Of a stretch of DNA of 35,282 bases, positions 30,744-35,282 are shown piece after piece. The position numbers were made by a program, and so were the translations under genes. Every line of letters starts with the position of its first letter. Position 1 is the stretch's first letter. The stretch is from an uncultured Candidatus Saccharibacteria bacterium. Its GTDB lineage: Bacteria; Patescibacteriota; Minisyncoccia; Phycocordibacterales; UBA9973. The notes beneath the pieces were generated by a model. It worked only from the letters and a program-made list of their open reading frames with translations, made no database searches and was not told the DNA's origin. Where the stretch lies: positions 1 through 35,282 of the forward strand of contig CAZQAX010000003.1 of the NCBI GenBank assembly GCA_964591475.1. The letters run 5' to 3'.

Positions 30744-32450
30744 ATGACATCGAACGAAATCAGGGCTAGATTTTTAGACTTTTTCGCAAAGCCTGAAAAT
30801 GGTGGCCACAAAATAATTCCATCATCAAGCCTTGTGCCAGAAGGCGATATTTCGGTATTGTTTACAACTGCTGGAATGCAACAATTTAAACCCTACTATT
30901 TGGCTCCAGACAACGCAACCAAAGACTTTGGCACCAAGAATGTCGTAACAGTACAAAAATGCGTTCGTACAGGCGATATCGAAGAGGTAGGCGATGCAAC
31001 ACATCTTTCATTTTTCGAAATGCTTGGTAATTTCTCTTTTGGCGGGTATGGACGACGCGAAGCTATTACATATGCATATGATTTTATAACAAAGGAAATG
31101 GGTTTAAAAATTTCTTATGTTACATATTACAAAGGCGAGGGTGTAGTACCAGCCGACATTGAATCCAAAAATATTTGGGCAGAACTTGATCCAGCTCTTG
31201 AAATCCGCGAAGATGGCGCCGATGTTTTCTGGGGTCCAACAGGTTTAAATGGTCCGTGTGGCCCTACAACCGAAATTTATTGTAAGAATGCTTTAGGTGA
31301 GGATGTAGAAATTTGGAATATAGTTTTCAATGAATATTTTTGTGATGGGTCACGCGAGCAACTAGACAAAGGCGAGGCAACGCTTAAAAAATTGGACATC
31401 CTTGGTATCGATACAGGTATGGGACTCGAGAGATTAGTATCAGTAATTCAAAAAGAGGAAAGTGTTTATGATACAGATTTATTTAATGGCGAAAAAACTA
31501 AAGAAGAACGCATTGTAGCTGATCATATTCGTGCAGCAGTTTTTATGATATCCGATGGCACAAAACCATCTAATACAAGCTCTGGATATGTACTGCGTCG
31601 CTTAATTCGCCGAGCTAAATTAAAAATGCGGAAAATGAGTGATGAAGAATATAACAAAAATTCAGACGGGTCTGTATTTTATGAAAAAATTAATAAAGTT
31701 TTTGAAATATTTAAAAATTTAGAATATTTAAATAATCAAGAAGATAAGGTTTTCAAAATAATTCAAGAAGAAGAGTTAAAATTTAGAAATACCCTAGAAT
31801 CAGGCCTTAAAGAATTCGAAAAAGGTATTGATCCATTCGTTTTAGCAACTACATATGGTTTTCCAATCGAATTGACACTTGAACTTGCAAAGGAAAAGGG
31901 AATTCAGGTTGATCTAGAAGATTTCAATAAAAAAATGGCCGAGCATCAAAAATTGTCACAAACTGCAAGTGCTGGTATGTTCAAGGGCGGGCTCGCAAAT
32001 CACAACGAACAAACTATCAAATTGCACACTGCACACCATTTATTATTGGCAGCGTTGCAACAAGTACTGGGTAAAAGCGTTAAACAACGGGGTAGTAACA
32101 TTACCGAAGAAAGACTTCGTATAGATTTCATGTTCGAGCGCAAAATGACCGATGAAGAAAAAAAGCAGGTTGAAGACATTGTAAATGAAAAAATTAAGGC
32201 TGGTTTGGCCGTAGTTCGCAAAGAAATGCCACTAGTAGAAGCCGAGAAGCTTGGTGCCGAGATGGAGTTTGGCGCCAAATACCCCGAAATGGTTTCGGTT
32301 TATTCAATCGAACAAGACGGCACACCTTTTAGTATCGAATTCTGCGGTGGACCACACATAAATAACACTAACGAACTAGGACATTTTAAAATTCAAAAAG
32401 AAGAAGCCGTCGCGCAAGGCATTCGTCGCATAAAAGCTATTCTAGAATAA
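30744..32450 (+). CDS. alaS: alanine--tRNA ligase, short form lacking the C-Ala domain
   Basis: Class II catalytic N-terminus (FTTAGMQQFKP), editing-domain HTAHHLL and CGGPH, ends ..GIRRIKAILE. 568 aa. Confidence 0.9.
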   Translation: MTSNEIRARFLDFFAKPENGGHKIIPSSSLVPEGDISVLFTTAGMQQFKPYYLAPDNATKDFGTKNVVTVQKCVRTGDIEEVGDATHLSFFEMLGNFSFGGYGRREAITYAYDFITKEMGLKISYVTYYKGEGVVPADIESKNIWAELDPALEIREDGADVFWGPTGLNGPCGPTTEIYCKNALGEDVEIWNIVFNEYFCDGSREQLDKGEATLKKLDILGIDTGMGLERLVSVIQKEESVYDTDLFNGEKTKEERIVADHIRAAVFMISDGTKPSNTSSGYVLRRLIRRAKLKMRKMSDEEYNKNSDGSVFYEKINKVFEIFKNLEYLNNQEDKVFKIIQEEELKFRNTLESGLKEFEKGIDPFVLATTYGFPIELTLELAKEKGIQVDLEDFNKKMAEHQKLSQTASAGMFKGGLANHNEQTIKLHTAHHLLLAALQQVLGKSVKQRGSNITEERLRIDFMFERKMTDEEKKQVEDIVNEKIKAGLAVVRKEMPLVEAEKLGAEMEFGAKYPEMVSVYSIEQDGTPFSIEFCGGPHINNTNELGHFKIQKEEAVAQGIRRIKAILE

Positions 32451-32476
32451 TTTCTATTTAGATAAAATATAGAACA

Positions 32477-32511
32477 CAAAAACACTGTTAAATCTTTTTA
32501 ACAGTGTTTTT
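32477..32511 (+). terminator. terminator of alaS
   Basis: AACACTGTTAAA/TTTAACAGTGTT stem, T5. Confidence 0.85.
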
Positions 32512-32532
32512 AGTATAAAAATAGTGTAATTC

Positions 32533-32541
32533 TGTTATAAT
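32533..32541 (+). promoter_or_regulatory. extended -10 TGtTATAAT, 8 nt before ATG 32550 (leaderless)
   Basis: Read directly. Confidence 0.6.
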
Positions 32542-32549
32542 TAATTCAA

Positions 32550-33683
32550 ATGCATACCGAGGGCAAAAATATTTTAGTCATCGATATCGGTTCGGGCTCA
32601 ATCGGCTCGGCGGTAGTTTCTATTGGTAAAAAAAATGCAATTACTTTTGCAAATAGATACGAATTAGAATTTGGCGAAAAAACTGATTTTAAATTATTGT
32701 TAGACAAGGTAAACCTAGGTATTAAACACTGTCTTGAAAAAATACCCAATAAAGCTATAGCCGAAGTTCATATGTTCATGCACTCGCCATGGCACACAGT
32801 TACTACTAAAAAAATCACACTGAACGAACCTAAAGATTTTAAAATAACAGAAGACCTTATTGAACAAGCCTCACAAAACGAAATAGTAGACTTTATGGCA
32901 AATGCACGTGCAAATTTTCCAGGATTTGAAGACTTGATGATTATTGAATCTACCGTACCTGAAATAAAGATAAACGGCTATATTGTCGACAAACCTTTTG
33001 GTAAAAAGGTAAAAGCCTGCGAATTTTTAATGTCACTAGCGCTTGCCCCAAAAGACATAATCCATAACATAACAAACATTTGCGAATCTGTTTTAAAAAT
33101 AAATAAAAAAGATATTAAATTTCATTCAGCAACAACGGCTTTTACACATCTATGCTCCAGTTTATATAACGAAAATAATGCTATCATGATTATAGACGTA
33201 GGCTCTGAAATAACTGATATTAGTTTAGTTAAAAATAAAGCCTTGTCTTTTGGTGTATCTTTTGTTGGTGGTTCGCATGATATTATTAGAAAAATTAGCC
33301 AACTATACAAAACCAACTTTACCGACTCTGAAAGTCTAGCTTTTGCAGCATTTTCAGGTGTTGGGGCTCAAGACAAAACACTTCAAATGGAAACAGAGCT
33401 GGGCCCTTTATGTACGGTTTGGCAAAAATCAATATCTGATTCATTGGTAAAAATTTCTAAATTCGAAGCAGTACCAAAAAAAATAATTTTAATCTGCGAA
33501 GACTCAAACACTGCTTCTTGGTACGCAAAATCAATTAGTTCTGACACGTTTACCCAATATTTACGTACCGAGGGTAAGTTTCAAACAATAACACCCTCAA
33601 TCGAAGCCTTAAAAGCATATATAAACATGGACAATGTTTCATATATAGACACCAGTCTTTGCTTATTATGCATAACAGTATAG
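32550..33683 (+). CDS. actin-like ATPase (FtsA/PilM-like)
   Basis: Phosphate-binding motifs VIDIGSGSIG and IIDVGSEITDIS. ATG lies 8 nt after TGtTATAAT. Confidence 0.65.
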   Translation: MHTEGKNILVIDIGSGSIGSAVVSIGKKNAITFANRYELEFGEKTDFKLLLDKVNLGIKHCLEKIPNKAIAEVHMFMHSPWHTVTTKKITLNEPKDFKITEDLIEQASQNEIVDFMANARANFPGFEDLMIIESTVPEIKINGYIVDKPFGKKVKACEFLMSLALAPKDIIHNITNICESVLKINKKDIKFHSATTAFTHLCSSLYNENNAIMIIDVGSEITDISLVKNKALSFGVSFVGGSHDIIRKISQLYKTNFTDSESLAFAAFSGVGAQDKTLQMETELGPLCTVWQKSISDSLVKISKFEAVPKKIILICEDSNTASWYAKSISSDTFTQYLRTEGKFQTITPSIEALKAYINMDNVSYIDTSLCLLCITV

Positions 33684-33690
33684 TTAAATT

Positions 33691-34968
33691 ATGAAAAAAT
33701 CTGACGAAAAAATAAAAATAAGCGACGTAACAGTAGGTAAAGATATTAGTACCGTACCTAAAAACGTGTCGGTTAAAATACTGGCCCACAAAGACTTTGC
33801 ACCCCTTGATGAAGAAATCGTTAATGTCGAACGCAAAGACCGCAAAAGTAAAATTTTTACCATAGTCGGTATTTGTATAGTTGTAATTTTTGGCTTACTT
33901 TACTTGGGTCATATGTTTTCGTCAGCAACTGTTTATATTGAAAAAACAACGGCGCCATTTAGTTTTTCAAATACCGTTATTACAGCAAACCAGTCTGAAA
34001 CGAGTGAATTACCATTTACTGTTGTCGAGGTAACCGATACGCACCACGAATCAATCGTGCCAGACATGTTAAATTCTTCACCTAAAAAGGCTACAGGTAG
34101 CGTTGTCGTATACAATACTAATTCAAAATCTAAAATAAACTTAAAAAAAGGCACTGTTTTCATTGCCAACAATAATATTCGCTTTTTATCTGACAGTGCA
34201 GTTGTGTTGCCTGGTTATACCACCGACGCAAATAAACAAATCATACCGGGCCAGGTTATCGTTAAAATAACCGCTGAAAAGACAGGCTCGGCTTCAAATA
34301 TTGGTAATTCTGACCTAACATTGGCTAATTACCAAAAACAAAAGACTAAAATATATGCGAAAACCAATGAAATAATAGCAGGTGGTGCTGATCAAATGGC
34401 TTATGGGCTTTCAGAACCGCTAAAAAAATCAGTTTCTGACAAAATTGACGAGGCATTGAAAAGATCTTTGTTTATAAAAGCCGGAGCCGAAATTCCAAGC
34501 GAATATATTTTATATTTAGACATGTTTGTATATAGTCCAAAAAATCTAATTATTTCAGGCACACCACAAACATTAGATGTTTCCAAAGAAGCTTCACTTA
34601 TTGCATATGTAATTAAAAAACAAGACATTGAAAAACTTATAAAGAATCATTTAACCGTAGAGTCGCCGATTAACCCTCAATATCTAGGCATTGAAAACCT
34701 TGTTGTTAAAATGGTCGCAACACCAAATGAACTACTTAACCCGCAAACACTGCAGCTATCTTTTTCGGGTTCAGGTAAGGTTGTTTCGTACGTAGACACA
34801 ACTGGCTTGTCTAAAAAACTTTCAAACCTAAACATTGTAAACGCAAGAAAGATGCTGGATGAAATAAAAAGTCTAAAAAGCTACGATATAAAAGTGAGTC
34901 CTGGCTATACATGGCTAATGCCTAAAAATTCAAAAAGGATAAAGATTGTTGACGTAAATAATAATTAA
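33691..34968 (+). CDS. hypothetical single-pass membrane protein (425 aa)
   Basis: Starts 8 nt after the upstream stop. TM segment IFTIVGICIVVIFGLLYLGHMF, then a large beta-rich ectodomain. Confidence 0.75.
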   Translation: MKKSDEKIKISDVTVGKDISTVPKNVSVKILAHKDFAPLDEEIVNVERKDRKSKIFTIVGICIVVIFGLLYLGHMFSSATVYIEKTTAPFSFSNTVITANQSETSELPFTVVEVTDTHHESIVPDMLNSSPKKATGSVVVYNTNSKSKINLKKGTVFIANNNIRFLSDSAVVLPGYTTDANKQIIPGQVIVKITAEKTGSASNIGNSDLTLANYQKQKTKIYAKTNEIIAGGADQMAYGLSEPLKKSVSDKIDEALKRSLFIKAGAEIPSEYILYLDMFVYSPKNLIISGTPQTLDVSKEASLIAYVIKKQDIEKLIKNHLTVESPINPQYLGIENLVVKMVATPNELLNPQTLQLSFSGSGKVVSYVDTTGLSKKLSNLNIVNARKMLDEIKSLKSYDIKVSPGYTWLMPKNSKRIKIVDVNNN

Positions 34969-34989
34969 GATACAATAGAGTTTATATAT

Positions 34990-35199
34990 ATGCCAAACAA
35001 AAATGAACAGAGGGCCACAGGTGTTGTTACCGAAGCGTTGCCAAATACAATGTTTCGAGTACAAACAAGTAATGGTATTTTAATAGCCTACCTAGCAGGT
35101 AAAATGCGCATGAACAGAATCAAGGTTTTGATTGGGGATAAGGTCGAATTAGTGCTTGACGAGTACGGTGGAAAAGCTAGGGTTGTCAAAAGATTATAA
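34990..35199 (+). CDS. infA: translation initiation factor IF-1
   Basis: G.V.E.LPN.MFRV...NG....A...GKMR.N.I..L.GD.V....Y.....R pattern. Confidence 0.9.
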   Translation: MPNKNEQRATGVVTEALPNTMFRVQTSNGILIAYLAGKMRMNRIKVLIGDKVELVLDEYGGKARVVKRL

Positions 35200-35282
35200 G
35201 TAGTGTATACTGTCCCAGTTGAGATTCTGGCGAGGCATTTGCCTTTCTAGACTCCAAAATTTGCGAAAAATAAAAAGTGTAT

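Noticed and set aside
1-35282. CRISPR arrays, tRNA/rRNA genes, transposases or IS elements
   Set aside because: I found no regularly spaced direct repeats with unique spacers and no cloverleaf-compatible sequences in the intergenic regions. No ORF has transposase, integrase or recombinase motifs.
1-35282. Alternative genetic code (UGA recoding as in Gracilibacteria/Absconditabacteria)
   Set aside because: Conserved genes (typA, alaS, mnmA, pepF, prs, helicase) are full length and uninterrupted under the standard code, so there is no sign of in-frame TGA.

Overview
AT-rich bacterial chromosome segment. The gene content looks like a reduced-genome, CPR/Patescibacteria-like organism, though this taxonomic call is an inference: AlaRS lacks the C-Ala domain, there is a sigma-r4 + HARE-HTH protein, and many small orphan genes. 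From about 8.9 kb to 35.3 kb the window is mostly housekeeping: hpf, prs, typA, mltG, a DnaQ-like exonuclease, mnmA, a PIF1/RecD-like helicase, MgtC, pepF, alaS, infA, an L,D-transpeptidase and a histidine kinase. I found no tRNA, rRNA, CRISPR array, transposase or integrase. The unusual part is 1-3860. It holds seven same-strand monocistronic cassettes, each with a near-consensus -35/-10 promoter and its own intrinsic terminator. The cargo is unrelated: six ORFs of 108-144 aa, then a unit with no long ORF that has a Shine-Dalgarno (SD)-led 33-aa hydrophobic peptide. The non-coding flanks are repeated: two promoter classes, a ~50-nt post-terminator boundary with an 8-6-8 inverted repeat, and a 57-nt structured leader shared by two cassettes. 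The array probably continues upstream of the window. Next to it lie three orphan genes (3908-5745) and a 929-aa peptidoglycan-anchored surface protein. A second window-wide pattern is that at least 16 genes have an extended -10 element 6-9 nt upstream of the ATG, implying leaderless mRNAs. Canonical SD sites occur at only two ORFs, both in the accessory region. One secreted protein carries a Bacteroidota-type T9SS C-terminal sorting domain.
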